From the NCBI RefSeq assembly GCF_004307995.1, contig NZ_SIRE01000004.1, positions 403,309-467,308 on the forward strand: a stretch of 64,000 bases of DNA, written 5' to 3'. Both the position numbers and the translations under genes were made by a program. Source of the stretch: Paenibacillus thalictri (GTDB lineage: Bacteria > Bacillota > Bacilli > Paenibacillales > NBRC-103111). Positions 47,781-57,753 of the stretch are shown here, piece by piece. The notes below the pieces were generated by a model that ran no database searches, was not told the origin of the DNA, and saw only the letters and a list, made by a program, of their open reading frames with translations. Position 1 is the first letter of the stretch. The number at the start of each line of letters is the position of its first letter.

Positions 47781-50408
47781 ATGATTGAGACGGATGAGCT
47801 GTGCTCACAGGAAGAAAGCAGGAGGAATATGGGCATTATAAACGACTTTTCGCTGAATAAGCTTGTTGAGATTAAACGGGCGGCACAGGCTTACAACGCC
47901 GTCTTGATTACCGGCGGCTGCGGGACGGGTAAAACTTTCTTGGCCAAAATAGCAGCGAATGCCATTGCTAACGGTTATGCGGAGGAAGATACGGACAAGC
48001 TCGACGACGCGATTTGCGATAATGTCGAGTTGATTCATTTGCACCCGGGTTACGGTTATGAGGATTTCGTACAGGGGGTTTTCGTCAGCACTGTAAATGA
48101 CGATCTGAAATTCGAAACAAAACCGAAAATATTTCTACAGGCGATCGATTGTGCCCTGCGAAAGGAAAATAGGGACAAAGCTGTAGTGCTCATTCTGGAC
48201 GATATTCACCGGGTCAACGTCTCGTCCGTATTTGGCGAGCTGCTGTCCGTCTTGGAGAACCATCGCTCGGAGCAGCCCCAAGACGAGATTACGTTGGTGA
48301 ATGGCACACGGATTCCCATGCCGAGCAATCTATATCTCATCGCCACGATGAATACGGCGGTACCTAGCCCTTTTGTGCTGGATTATGCGTGGCTGAGAAG
48401 GTTTGCCGTCGTGCGTTTGGAATCCGATTACAGGTATGTGAAGCGCGGGCCTTCCTCCCTTGAGAAAGATACGGCGGAGCAGTTGTACGATCGGGTCAAT
48501 TCCATTGTGGCCGGCGGCGCGGACAATCCGACTGAAGCGGTTCAATATGCAATAGGGCACGGTTTTTTTGCCGAAGCGCCATTCCTGACTTCAAGAATTA
48601 AACGCCAGATCATTCCTCTGTTGAAGCAATATGTATTGGACGGAATTTTGGATGAATCGAAGGTGGGAACGGAAATCGACAGTCTGGACGCCAGTCTTAG
48701 TACCGGGATTACTTTGGACTACAATGACGTCGCTTCCTTCGACCTGTCAATGACGTTAAACAGGCTGAAAGAGACAGATATAGCTGATTATTTGGCTAAT
48801 ATAGAAGACAAAAGACGGTTTCAAGTGGAATTGATCGAACATCTGATTTGTCAAATGATAGAACGTAAGCTGATAGGGAACTTTGAACTGTTTTACCGTG
48901 TCATGCGCAATCCCGATATATTTCATTATCTTGAATCTGATGTCGAGCTTCATTTATTCGAGCCGCAAAATAAAAGTATCAAATTTCACGACAAACCTTC
49001 ACATTATTCAGCGGTCAAGAACAGCAATATGGTGGAGATTCACGTTTGCGGAACCAAGTATTTCCCATTCCGTGTCTATACGGCCAAAAACCAGAAAACG
49101 GCCTTAAGCAGCAATCCGAACAGAGAAAGCTCTAAAAGCTCGCTGAACCCTTTTCCTATCGCCTTCCGGATGCTTTATTATTTTTACAAGACTTATCGGG
49201 ACAATGTGAACGATTATGTTGCCAAATTCCCGGGCGACCACAATATGAAGCTGCTGCTCAACCTGGCGGACGATGAATTCAATTATATCAAGAGCTTTGA
49301 CAAACGGACAGCTAAGATCGTATGGGAGGATGACCCGGATCATCTCTCACTCGCAAGGCTCACGATTCTTTGGCCGCGGAAGGAAGACGGTAATTCAATC
49401 GAAATCAAAGGAGTATATCGAATGGAAGCGAACGATTACATAGACATCATGGATAATATGGAAGTGAGGCAGATGATTCTGCAAGGGCCCCCAGGTACTT
49501 CCAAAACCTATACGGCCAAGGACATGATTGCAGCAAAATGGAGCATTGCCAAAGATGAACTGAAAAACTTCAAGATTCCGTCCTACGACCAAGCTTGGGA
49601 TAAACCGTTTGGCTGGGACATCGTCCAATTTCACCCTTCTTACGGATATGAGGATTTTATAAGAGGCATCACTGTGGAAACGCCGGAAAACTCCACGGCT
49701 CCGCATTATAAAACGGTCAATAAACTATTAGGGCGTATGGCAGATTTAGCCCTCCGCGAAATCCATAGCGGGAAGAAGTTTTACCTTATTATCGACGAAA
49801 TCAATCGAGCCAATATCGCCACGGTGTTCGGGGAATTGATCTATGCATTGGAATATCGCGGCGAGCAAGTAGCAACTCCTTATGAAGTGAAAAATACGAA
49901 TTCCATCGTTCTTCCCAAGAACTTATACATTATCGGCACGATGAACACCGCGGATAAATCGGTCGGAGGGATCGATTATGCGATTAGAAGGAGATTTTTA
50001 TTCTTTTCGCTGACACCGGACGCAGGTGTAATTGAAACATATTTTGAAGGCAAACCCGGCGTGGAAGACGTTAAGAAGAAAGCCATCACATTGTTTCGCC
50101 ATATCGGCCTGTTTTTTGACAGCTATTTATCGGACGGATACCATAAGGATGATTTGCAGATCGGGCACACCTATTTCTTGGTCGACACGGTACAACAATT
50201 AAAGGATCGGTTCAAATATCAAATTGTCCCTATACTGCGCGAGTATTATAAGGACGGTTTGCTCGATAGCGGAGAAAGCGAAACCAAGCCGGAATTGAAA
50301 GATTTAAAAGCCTTTATTTCCGGAACCGAGGGATCGGCGGACGCGATGTTCGCGAAGTTAACGGCGGCAATTACGGCGGCGGCAGCAAACGGTCAGAAAG
50401 CGGAATAG
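47781..50408 (+). CDS. McrB-family AAA+ GTPase with two tandem AAA+ modules (N-terminal module degenerate, C-terminal canonical); start uncertain (47781 or 47829)
   Basis: Module 1: Walker A LITGGCGTGKTFLAK, Walker B-like LILDDIHRVNVSSVFGELLSVLE, IATMNTAVPS. Module 2: ILQGPPGTSKTYTAK, LIIDEINRANIATVFGELIYALEYRG, IIGTMNTADKSVGG (canonical McrB DEINRAN and NTAD motifs). The track ORF start at 47670 overlaps the regulator gene by 100 nt and is rejected. Confidence 0.75.
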   Translation: MIETDELCSQEESRRNMGIINDFSLNKLVEIKRAAQAYNAVLITGGCGTGKTFLAKIAANAIANGYAEEDTDKLDDAICDNVELIHLHPGYGYEDFVQGVFVSTVNDDLKFETKPKIFLQAIDCALRKENRDKAVVLILDDIHRVNVSSVFGELLSVLENHRSEQPQDEITLVNGTRIPMPSNLYLIATMNTAVPSPFVLDYAWLRRFAVVRLESDYRYVKRGPSSLEKDTAEQLYDRVNSIVAGGADNPTEAVQYAIGHGFFAEAPFLTSRIKRQIIPLLKQYVLDGILDESKVGTEIDSLDASLSTGITLDYNDVASFDLSMTLNRLKETDIADYLANIEDKRRFQVELIEHLICQMIERKLIGNFELFYRVMRNPDIFHYLESDVELHLFEPQNKSIKFHDKPSHYSAVKNSNMVEIHVCGTKYFPFRVYTAKNQKTALSSNPNRESSKSSLNPFPIAFRMLYYFYKTYRDNVNDYVAKFPGDHNMKLLLNLADDEFNYIKSFDKRTAKIVWEDDPDHLSLARLTILWPRKEDGNSIEIKGVYRMEANDYIDIMDNMEVRQMILQGPPGTSKTYTAKDMIAAKWSIAKDELKNFKIPSYDQAWDKPFGWDIVQFHPSYGYEDFIRGITVETPENSTAPHYKTVNKLLGRMADLALREIHSGKKFYLIIDEINRANIATVFGELIYALEYRGEQVATPYEVKNTNSIVLPKNLYIIGTMNTADKSVGGIDYAIRRRFLFFSLTPDAGVIETYFEGKPGVEDVKKKAITLFRHIGLFFDSYLSDGYHKDDLQIGHTYFLVDTVQQLKDRFKYQIVPILREYYKDGLLDSGESETKPELKDLKAFISGTEGSADAMFAKLTAAITAAAANGQKAE

Positions 50409-50411
50409 CCC

Positions 50412-51818
50412 ATGAAAAATAAGCTTTTCCCAGGAAACGACTGGTCTGTCCTCAACAAATTGCCAGACTGGCTGACAGACCTGGACCTCAGCGACCGGCA
50501 TCATCCTTACACCAACCTTGGAATCTATCAGGATCAACAAGGCCGTTACCTTGCGAAGGGATATGTCGGCGTATGCAGGCTAAAGGCAAACGGCAGAAGG
50601 GTGCTCGATAAAGAAGGACGGGAGTGCATCCTGCGGGTAGTGCCTCGTTTTCCGGGACTGGAGCCACTCGCCATGTTGAATGAATTGCAGGACGATGACG
50701 AATTCGCGCAATATTTAATGCCGGAAAGGGCGCTTTTGAAGGGAAGCACGGAGGAATCCAAGGATATCCTGGACAATGAACTGTTTTACTTTTATCCGAA
50801 TGAACCGCTGATCCCTTTAGCTCATGAGGCTATGAAAGACAGCAGCCTATTAACGGTTATGCTTTTTCTTAACGGCTTGAAGGCGGTGTGCAGGAAGCCG
50901 CTCATGGGATCGATGCAGCAACACGAGGAGAATTTAACCGGCAAGGTCAAAGGTAAAATACTGGTATCCCCTAATATTAAACATAATGCGGCGAGAGCAA
51001 GAGTTGAGCGTATATATTGCCGGTATCAAGTGTATAGCATGGACATCCTTGAGAACCGGATTTTGAAATATGCGCTCCATAAAGCAAACCGGTTTTTGAA
51101 TCGATTTTTCAGCCATGTCTCAACGGACTCACTGCAGAAGATCAGGCAAGCGGTACATTATTGTAATAAGGCACTGGAGCATGTAAGCCTGAAGAACATA
51201 ACGGAAGCCGAGCTCAGATCCGCCAAAGCCGCCGGGTTTTACGCTTATTACAAGCCGGTGCTGGAGGCCGCGAAGATGGTCATCAAAGGCATCTCGATTC
51301 GAGCCGACGGCGAAGTGGAGGATGTAGGTTACATTACCCCATATGCCATCAATATGCAGAAGCTGTTTGAGTTTTATGTGAGGGCGGTGATCAAGCGAGA
51401 GTTGAAGAAAAACCCGGATTGGCATATATCGCTTGAGCCTTATTTTAAACCGCATGAGATTCACCGCAACGAAAACATTTACTTGATGAGAAATGTCCGG
51501 CCCGATATTGTGCTCAAGTACATGAAGCTTGAAGGGGACCAATCTGAAGCTAAATATATCGTATTCGATGTAAAATATAAGAGGAGTGACAACAAATTTT
51601 CTGCAAGGGAAGATACTCACCAGCTCCTGAGTTATCGAATGTTATTTGATGCGGAGCATATCGGGTTCCTATTCCCGAATTGTGTAGAAAGCAGCCAGCC
51701 CACCGAGATTGTCTCGCGGCAACATACAAAAACTTACTATTATCAATTCAAGGTCTCTTTAGAAGAGAAAGGCTGTGCAAAGCTATGCCAGTTTCTCGGA
51801 GGTATTGGCAGTTCTTGA
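50412..51818 (+). CDS. McrC-like PD-(D/E)xK nuclease subunit
   Basis: 468 aa immediately downstream (4-nt gap) of the McrB-like gene. Nuclease motif RPDIVL...IVFDVKYK near the C-terminus; N-terminal McrC-like region. Confidence 0.65.
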   Translation: MKNKLFPGNDWSVLNKLPDWLTDLDLSDRHHPYTNLGIYQDQQGRYLAKGYVGVCRLKANGRRVLDKEGRECILRVVPRFPGLEPLAMLNELQDDDEFAQYLMPERALLKGSTEESKDILDNELFYFYPNEPLIPLAHEAMKDSSLLTVMLFLNGLKAVCRKPLMGSMQQHEENLTGKVKGKILVSPNIKHNAARARVERIYCRYQVYSMDILENRILKYALHKANRFLNRFFSHVSTDSLQKIRQAVHYCNKALEHVSLKNITEAELRSAKAAGFYAYYKPVLEAAKMVIKGISIRADGEVEDVGYITPYAINMQKLFEFYVRAVIKRELKKNPDWHISLEPYFKPHEIHRNENIYLMRNVRPDIVLKYMKLEGDQSEAKYIVFDVKYKRSDNKFSAREDTHQLLSYRMLFDAEHIGFLFPNCVESSQPTEIVSRQHTKTYYYQFKVSLEEKGCAKLCQFLGGIGSS

Positions 51819-51831
51819 AGCTTTTGATATG

Positions 51832-51857
51832 AGACCGCCGCGGCGGTCTTTTTTTTG
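51832..51857 (+). terminator. Rho-independent terminator closing the WYL-McrBC module
   Basis: AGACCGCCG/CGGCGGTCT perfect stem followed by TTTTTTTT. Confidence 0.8.
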
Positions 51858-52190
51858 TTCATGTGCGGTTATACATAGTTGGAGTAGATGATGGGATGGA
51901 CGTTCCTTCGACAGCAGCTTGCGGATGGGGGCGACGAACCGCTCCTTCTCCCTCCAAGCTGTGTTACTATTGTCGTTTGATCTTACATACCTTCACAGCG
52001 TCTCCCGGCAAAGCCAACAATGACTCCCCCTTGCCTCGGCCTACTCCTGCACGTGCCGTGTATCCTTCCTTATGCGTATCGCTTCCGCATGCTCTTTTCG
52101 ATAGCCGAACCACCTGCTCAAAATGCTCAAGCATTACCCGCAACGCACAAAACACACGCTTCCCCTCAAGGACTCGGAGTGAGGTTCTTC

Positions 52191-52589
52191 TTAATAAGAT
52201 ATTAAGTGCCCCCAATAATACACTCTTTTCCCCTCACACCTTGCCATAGCTGCACCAGACAACAACTTCGCCGTTTTCCGATCAATGAAGCCGTCGGTGG
52301 TGTACGGATTGTAGTACGCCTCCCGCAGGGGGGCATCTCCGGCTCCCAGCATCTGTAACCCACGCTGGAATCGACCTCGGACGAACGCATGCACGTTCTT
52401 CTCTTTGTCGCGGCGTGCACGTCGCTGGCCCGAAAGGCGAACGACAAACGTGACGTTGGTGACAACAATGCTGTCAGCGTAGCCGAGAATGCGCTTCGTT
52501 CGCGCATCGCGGATGGAAAAACAGCATTTGTAGAAATGATAGGCAATCAGCACAACCTGATCTTCTTGCAAAAACGAGAATTCCACCAT
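52191..52589 (-). CDS. Hypothetical protein (132 aa); possibly a gene remnant at the module junction
   Basis: ORF with weak resemblance to a DDE-transposase core (ILGYADS). Adjacent 82-aa ORF 51967-52215 in another frame suggests a decayed gene; nothing conclusive. Confidence 0.25.
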   Translation of the reverse strand: MVEFSFLQEDQVVLIAYHFYKCCFSIRDARTKRILGYADSIVVTNVTFVVRLSGQRRARRDKEKNVHAFVRGRFQRGLQMLGAGDAPLREAYYNPYTTDGFIDRKTAKLLSGAAMARCEGKRVYYWGHLISY

Positions 52590-52675
52590 ACCCTATCACC
52601 CGTTTCTTTGTGATAGTTACTAGTATGCTGGAATTCACTGGTTTTATAACCGCGGCAGCGAGTCATTCGGCATAT

Positions 52676-53476
52676 TTATACTGTACACACACAAGGCACG
52701 GTATCTTCTTCCATAGCGGAGTAAGACGCCGCTCCTTCACGCTCGAGCAACTCACGGTATTCACGGAGCGTGTAGGGACCACCGTTTTTTTTCAAAATCG
52801 AGACGTCCTTGTCAAAATGCTCCCGAAACTGCTCTTCCATTTCTTCCTGTTCCCGGTACACATCCGGCCACGTCTGCAACAGATGAGCGTAGTGCTGAAA
52901 GCCGCCACGGACACAACGTCCACCGCAGTTAGCATGAGAGAAGCCCAGCTCATACATAAGAGGCAGCTTAATTCCCCATTTGTCTTCGATAATTTTCTTT
53001 GCATCAACCTCTTCTCGGAATGTCGTGATTAAGGGAAACCGAGTCTCAACAGGCTCGAGCGGGTAGTGCTCGTAGAAGTTTTTGAGATTGACCGCACGGT
53101 GCTGCTCATGGCGTCCGATACCGAAGTAGAGCACAGGCTCAAGTTGATGGTCCGAACGTAGTTCCTCAAGGAAGATGAGTGTTTGCCGCACTTTCAGCTC
53201 TTCCGAGCACTTGGCCAGCCTTGAATTACCCATGAAACGGTAGTCGTAAAATACCTGCTCCGGCGTCCGCCCGTCAGTACGGTACGTAATTTCGAGCCCC
53301 AGGTAATCCGCAACCTCATGCATAAATCGATAATTATCTTCATGCTCCCACAGCGTGTTCGTAAAAAAGAGCATGCAGTTCTCCTTACCGTACGTGTTAA
53401 CCATATGATAAGCGACATACGCGGAGGATGCTCCCCCGCTGTACATGGCAACATGGATGGGTTTGCGTTCAACCAT
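52676..53476 (-). CDS. PAPS-reductase-like PP-loop ATP pyrophosphatase (DndC/SspD-like)
   Basis: PP-loop VAMYSGGASSAYVAYHM (SGGxxS variant) near the N-terminus, 266 aa, C-terminal Cys cluster (CGGRC...CVCTV). Confidence 0.65.
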   Translation of the reverse strand: MVERKPIHVAMYSGGASSAYVAYHMVNTYGKENCMLFFTNTLWEHEDNYRFMHEVADYLGLEITYRTDGRTPEQVFYDYRFMGNSRLAKCSEELKVRQTLIFLEELRSDHQLEPVLYFGIGRHEQHRAVNLKNFYEHYPLEPVETRFPLITTFREEVDAKKIIEDKWGIKLPLMYELGFSHANCGGRCVRGGFQHYAHLLQTWPDVYREQEEMEEQFREHFDKDVSILKKNGGPYTLREYRELLEREGAASYSAMEEDTVPCVCTV

Positions 53477-53509
53477 AGTCAGCTCTCCCTCCTTGGCTGT
53501 AAGATCAGC

Positions 53510-56500
53510 TTACACTTCCTGCAATAGCTTCATTAGTAGTTGCTTAAGTTCCTGGGGCGGCACATCGCGGCCTCCATGTTTGAGAATGTTTTTCACATTC
53601 GCATACAGTGTCTGCGATTTCTTGGAAAGTGGCTGCGTCAGATCGACTTCGGCGCTCATCCCTGCAGCCACCTGTATCGCCGGCAGCAACAGCTCCCATT
53701 CATACTTCATCTGTTTGCCAAAAAGCTCCTGCGTCGCGTCCGACCATGCTTTCCGCCCTACTCCCACCATATGCTCAATGAGTCCCTCCAGCAGTCGTTC
53801 CTCCATACCTGCGCCCAGCGGCAACGTTTGTAGCCGACTATTAAGCCCTATTGCGGCGCCGCGCAGCCGCAATAGTTCCTGCACGAACGCCGGTGCGGAA
53901 TCTACACCGGCCAAAGCGAACAACTCGCTTTCCAATTGAGCCCGATTCATGTCCATGAAGCCCTCTAGCTCAGTGCGAGCTTCAACCAGCTGTGGCTCCA
54001 TCGCGGCGAGTAACCGGATGTTCCGGTACGGATCCGTCTCCGTCGCGCGGATATATGCCCGAATCTGCTGCGTCCCCGTAGACAACTGGCTCGTGATTTG
54101 GGCAAACATCGGCAGCCCGCGCAACCAAGCGAGCATAACGTCCGTAACACGTAAGAAACTTGTCGCTTCCTCCACGGGTAAGCCAAAATGCGCACCAATG
54201 CGGGCAAGCTGCCCTTTTTCCTGCGACGTCAGAATGAAGTAGCGGTATTCATAATCGTCTGCTCGCTCAATCAGCTCATAGACGGACTCGCCGTTTAGGT
54301 GCGTAGTAAGCATATCTCCGGCATAGAATAGCAGTTGCTCCCAATGCCCGCGCAGCAGCGCCACAAACAGTACTGGAATGACGGCTGCGCGGATGCCGTA
54401 GGGCGGCTCTTTCAAAATGCGCACGAGGTCAGCTAGCGAGCCAAATGGCTTCTGTCGGATATGGTTAATCAACTCCATAGCCAAAGGTTGCAAGCCAGAA
54501 TCCGGCTGTAGCCCCCCGCCTGGTTCACACAGAAAACCGTTGTTCTTCAACGTGCTGACATAGATGAGATAATTTGGTCCGTATCCGGTGATACCGAGGT
54601 TTGGCTCCTCCGGTTGACAGATCAGTCGGTTGATGACATCGATGACAGCCCGTTTCTGAATCGCAGAGATGCGATTGCGGTTAAACGCCTCATTGCGAAT
54701 TTGCGGCGTACCCGTATACGTATTTTCTAGACGCTCCGAAAGCAATCTTTCCAACTCAACGACAGAGCGCAATTCACGATGTTCTCCATTTACCCACCAC
54801 CTCAACTGCTCAAATGACACATAGGGTTCCACGAATTGCCGAATTCGTGAGCTCGTCTGCTGCTGAAGATACTGAAGTTCATTCTTCAGCCGGGCATCCT
54901 GAGCCGTGAAAGAGCTGTCCTGGAGCAGTGCTTCGATAACCGCATACTGCCTCAGGCTCGGCCACACGCGTTCAGCCACGAATGAAGGAATCGCGCAAAT
55001 TTGCTCAAGTTTCAGGCGCTCTAATTGTGTCGCTCCTTGCTGCATTTGCTCCTCATCATCAAAAAGGACGAGCAAAACCTCGTCATCCGCTAACGCTGGC
55101 GTGGACGGAGCGACCTCCTGCTCCAGTTGATCGAACCAGACAAATCGATACGTAGCATAGCGAAGCATATACATCCGATCGTTGTATTCATTGGGCAGCA
55201 CATACGGCGTCGGCAAATGCTTACCCAACAACTCGACCGCCGCTTTGCGGCTCAGTGCCAGCGTCGCCACACGCTCGGCAATGACATTGTCGATATCCAC
55301 TGAGCTGCCGTCATGTAGCTCCCACTGCAGTCGCACCTCGTTGTAGCGCACAATCTTGAGCGCTGCCAACTGCGCAAGATTTTCCACCACTTCGTCAACA
55401 GCTACACCAAGTGCAAAAGCAATGAACGCTGCGCTCATCTGCTGCTTCTGTGCCAGGCGGCTGACTGCGCCGAGCGTCAGCAGGCGGGCGATACGTGTCT
55501 GTAACGGAGCCCTCCGTGCCAGATAAGGCGCGATCCGGCGATACAACAGCAACGCCGGCTGATCGGGTTGGTCCGCGTGATCCATGTCGAAGTAGCTGAA
55601 CAGCTTGTCCGCATAATAGTATCCGTCTTCCTGGGTAACGTGGTCACGCAATCCGTAACGCTCATCGTCGCCATAGAAGGAGAAAAGCGTTCGTTCATTT
55701 TGACCAAACACATTGGATAAGAACGGTAGTATAACAACAGCTGCAGGATGCAGCGGATACAAGCCCTGAAGGATGTAATTTTCCAACTGGTAAGGTGTGA
55801 ACTCGGTGAATAACGGATAGCTCTGCAGATTAGCAAAAGTCTCTTTCTCTGCTGCCGAGATCAGGCTATGTGCATTGATTTCGGTTCCCGCCTCCTGGGC
55901 AAGACGCAAATAAGTGACAGCGTCTGTTTCCAACTGGTAATGACGAAAGCGTTTTTCCACCTTTTCAAACTCGGTACGAATCTGTTCTTTGCTTTGTGCG
56001 GCGTATTGGCGGATATGCTTGTGACCGACCAGCAGCAGTTGCAGATTCGGCACGCTGTTCGCGAGCTCTGCCAAGTCCTGCAAATCCTGCATGTTGCGGA
56101 TCGCATCCTGTGGCCTCAGTGACTGCAGGAAGCGCCCGAATTCATCATAGACAAGCGTAATACCTTGTCCATGCTGCCTCAGCTCCTCTAGCAAGCGCTC
56201 GATATTATAGGTAAAATGTTCTTCATGCCCCACGCTCCAAGCTGTACCCGAGGTCACACTAGGATAGAAGTCGATGAACGCCGCGATTAGCTCCTCACTG
56301 TACCCTTGCACCTGCCGCAGCCACTCTGCCTCTTCGAGCTTCAGGCTAGCCAAATGCTCCCGAAACGCACTGTATGCATGGGGATACAATTGTCTCCAAC
56401 GCTCCACCGTGGTGAGAATGCTGTGAACTTCGTTCGGCGTCGTCACGTTCAACCCTGCCTGCTGCAGCGCTCTGTGCAACGCAGCGTTGATGATTGTCCG

Positions 56501-56857
56501 TAGCTCCCCCGATTTGCCGTTAATGATCACGGGCAGATAAGCCAGCGATAATGGCGGCAACCGCCGCAGCCGATCAGCCAGTATCTGATCGTAGCGGTCA
56601 GCCTGCCGCAGCAGCTTGTCCCACCAATCGGCGTTAAACTGGCGGGAAAACAGTTGGCACACAATCGCCGAGACTAGCGACTTTCCGGTCCCATAGGGGC
56701 CGACCAGCAGATGGGAGTGCATGCCCTCGGGACTTTCCACACTTTCCAGAATGCCTCGTAGCACATCTGCATGCGAAGTAGACAGCAAATAGCGATCTAT
56801 CAGGCTTTCATTGGTAAGATCAAACTGTATGTTAATACTTGCTTTATAACGAGCCAT
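53510..56857 (-). CDS. Large P-loop ATPase, DUF499/BrxC-like (candidate SspC-like); start at 56857 (stop/start overlap TAATG) or 56878
   Basis: Walker A LLVGPYGTGKSLVSA near the N-terminus. >1100 aa, largely alpha-helical remainder, the size and architecture of BrxC/PglY/SspC-type ATPases. Translationally coupled to the upstream gene. Confidence 0.55.
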   Translation of the reverse strand: MARYKASINIQFDLTNESLIDRYLLSTSHADVLRGILESVESPEGMHSHLLVGPYGTGKSLVSAIVCQLFSRQFNADWWDKLLRQADRYDQILADRLRRLPPLSLAYLPVIINGKSGELRTIINAALHRALQQAGLNVTTPNEVHSILTTVERWRQLYPHAYSAFREHLASLKLEEAEWLRQVQGYSEELIAAFIDFYPSVTSGTAWSVGHEEHFTYNIERLLEELRQHGQGITLVYDEFGRFLQSLRPQDAIRNMQDLQDLAELANSVPNLQLLLVGHKHIRQYAAQSKEQIRTEFEKVEKRFRHYQLETDAVTYLRLAQEAGTEINAHSLISAAEKETFANLQSYPLFTEFTPYQLENYILQGLYPLHPAAVVILPFLSNVFGQNERTLFSFYGDDERYGLRDHVTQEDGYYYADKLFSYFDMDHADQPDQPALLLYRRIAPYLARRAPLQTRIARLLTLGAVSRLAQKQQMSAAFIAFALGVAVDEVVENLAQLAALKIVRYNEVRLQWELHDGSSVDIDNVIAERVATLALSRKAAVELLGKHLPTPYVLPNEYNDRMYMLRYATYRFVWFDQLEQEVAPSTPALADDEVLLVLFDDEEQMQQGATQLERLKLEQICAIPSFVAERVWPSLRQYAVIEALLQDSSFTAQDARLKNELQYLQQQTSSRIRQFVEPYVSFEQLRWWVNGEHRELRSVVELERLLSERLENTYTGTPQIRNEAFNRNRISAIQKRAVIDVINRLICQPEEPNLGITGYGPNYLIYVSTLKNNGFLCEPGGGLQPDSGLQPLAMELINHIRQKPFGSLADLVRILKEPPYGIRAAVIPVLFVALLRGHWEQLLFYAGDMLTTHLNGESVYELIERADDYEYRYFILTSQEKGQLARIGAHFGLPVEEATSFLRVTDVMLAWLRGLPMFAQITSQLSTGTQQIRAYIRATETDPYRNIRLLAAMEPQLVEARTELEGFMDMNRAQLESELFALAGVDSAPAFVQELLRLRGAAIGLNSRLQTLPLGAGMEERLLEGLIEHMVGVGRKAWSDATQELFGKQMKYEWELLLPAIQVAAGMSAEVDLTQPLSKKSQTLYANVKNILKHGGRDVPPQELKQLLMKLLQEV

Positions 56858-57744
56858 TACCGCGCCGCCGCCTTCCATTCATAAGCCTTCTCCAGGAACG
56901 CGTATGGATCTTCGGCTTCAACCGTTAAGTTGTAGATCTGGTTCGTTCGTACGAAATGCACTGGATAGCGGGGATCTGCTTCCAATTGCGTGAGCGCATC
57001 AAGGATATGATTGGAGCTCAAATTGAACATTTTGCCCCACAGCAGCGGTTTGTATTGTAGCTCCTCCAATGTCACACTGCTAACCTGCGATCTCTGGCAG
57101 TACACCAACAATGCAAAGTAGAGCGCTTCAATGCTCACATCCATCAGCTCCGGTGTCCGCTTCACGAACTGCTCTTTGATTTCATGCAGCAAATGCAGCC
57201 CGGTGAGCGGGCTTGCCACTACTTCCTCGGGATCGTCCTCTTGACGCGAGCGAATCGTGTACAGTTGCCTCAGGCAGTCGAGGTCTTTTTTGAGCGAGCC
57301 CGCGGAAACCGTCTTGCTCGTCTGTTGCCGTGTCCACTCCGTGAGAGCTGCATGCAGTTCCTCATTCGTTGCGGAGCGAGACGCATATTCATTAAAAAAC
57401 CAATACCACGTCGTGGCCTGATCCCGATTCGATGCAAGAAAATAATGCAACAGCCCCGAGGTTAGCGGCAGCCGGATAAAGCGGTCGTGCCGATGCATCA
57501 ACTGGCCGAACGGAGTGATGACGTTAATCGGCCGACCTTCCTCGTTCTTCGCTTCCGCGATCACACCCGTCGCCAGCGACCAGAACTTCAGCGACTTCAC
57601 CATATTACGCCCCAGTCCAATGCGTTCAAAGCCGAAGTCGTCGTAGAAAAACCTTGCGCCCTGCTCATCCTCGAGCAGCATCCGGATCGCTTTTGACAAC
57701 CAATTCACCCGCAAGTAGAAACTCTGATGATGTCCAAAACGCAT
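56857..57744 (-). CDS. DUF4007-like protein (candidate SspB-like)
   Basis: N-terminus MRFGHHQSFYLRVNWLSKA matches the remembered F.(R/G)HE.F..R..WL.K signature of DUF4007. 295 aa. 10-nt gap to the upstream giant gene. Confidence 0.5.
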   Translation of the reverse strand: MRFGHHQSFYLRVNWLSKAIRMLLEDEQGARFFYDDFGFERIGLGRNMVKSLKFWSLATGVIAEAKNEEGRPINVITPFGQLMHRHDRFIRLPLTSGLLHYFLASNRDQATTWYWFFNEYASRSATNEELHAALTEWTRQQTSKTVSAGSLKKDLDCLRQLYTIRSRQEDDPEEVVASPLTGLHLLHEIKEQFVKRTPELMDVSIEALYFALLVYCQRSQVSSVTLEELQYKPLLWGKMFNLSSNHILDALTQLEADPRYPVHFVRTNQIYNLTVEAEDPYAFLEKAYEWKAAAR

Positions 57745-57753
57745 AGAGCGAAT

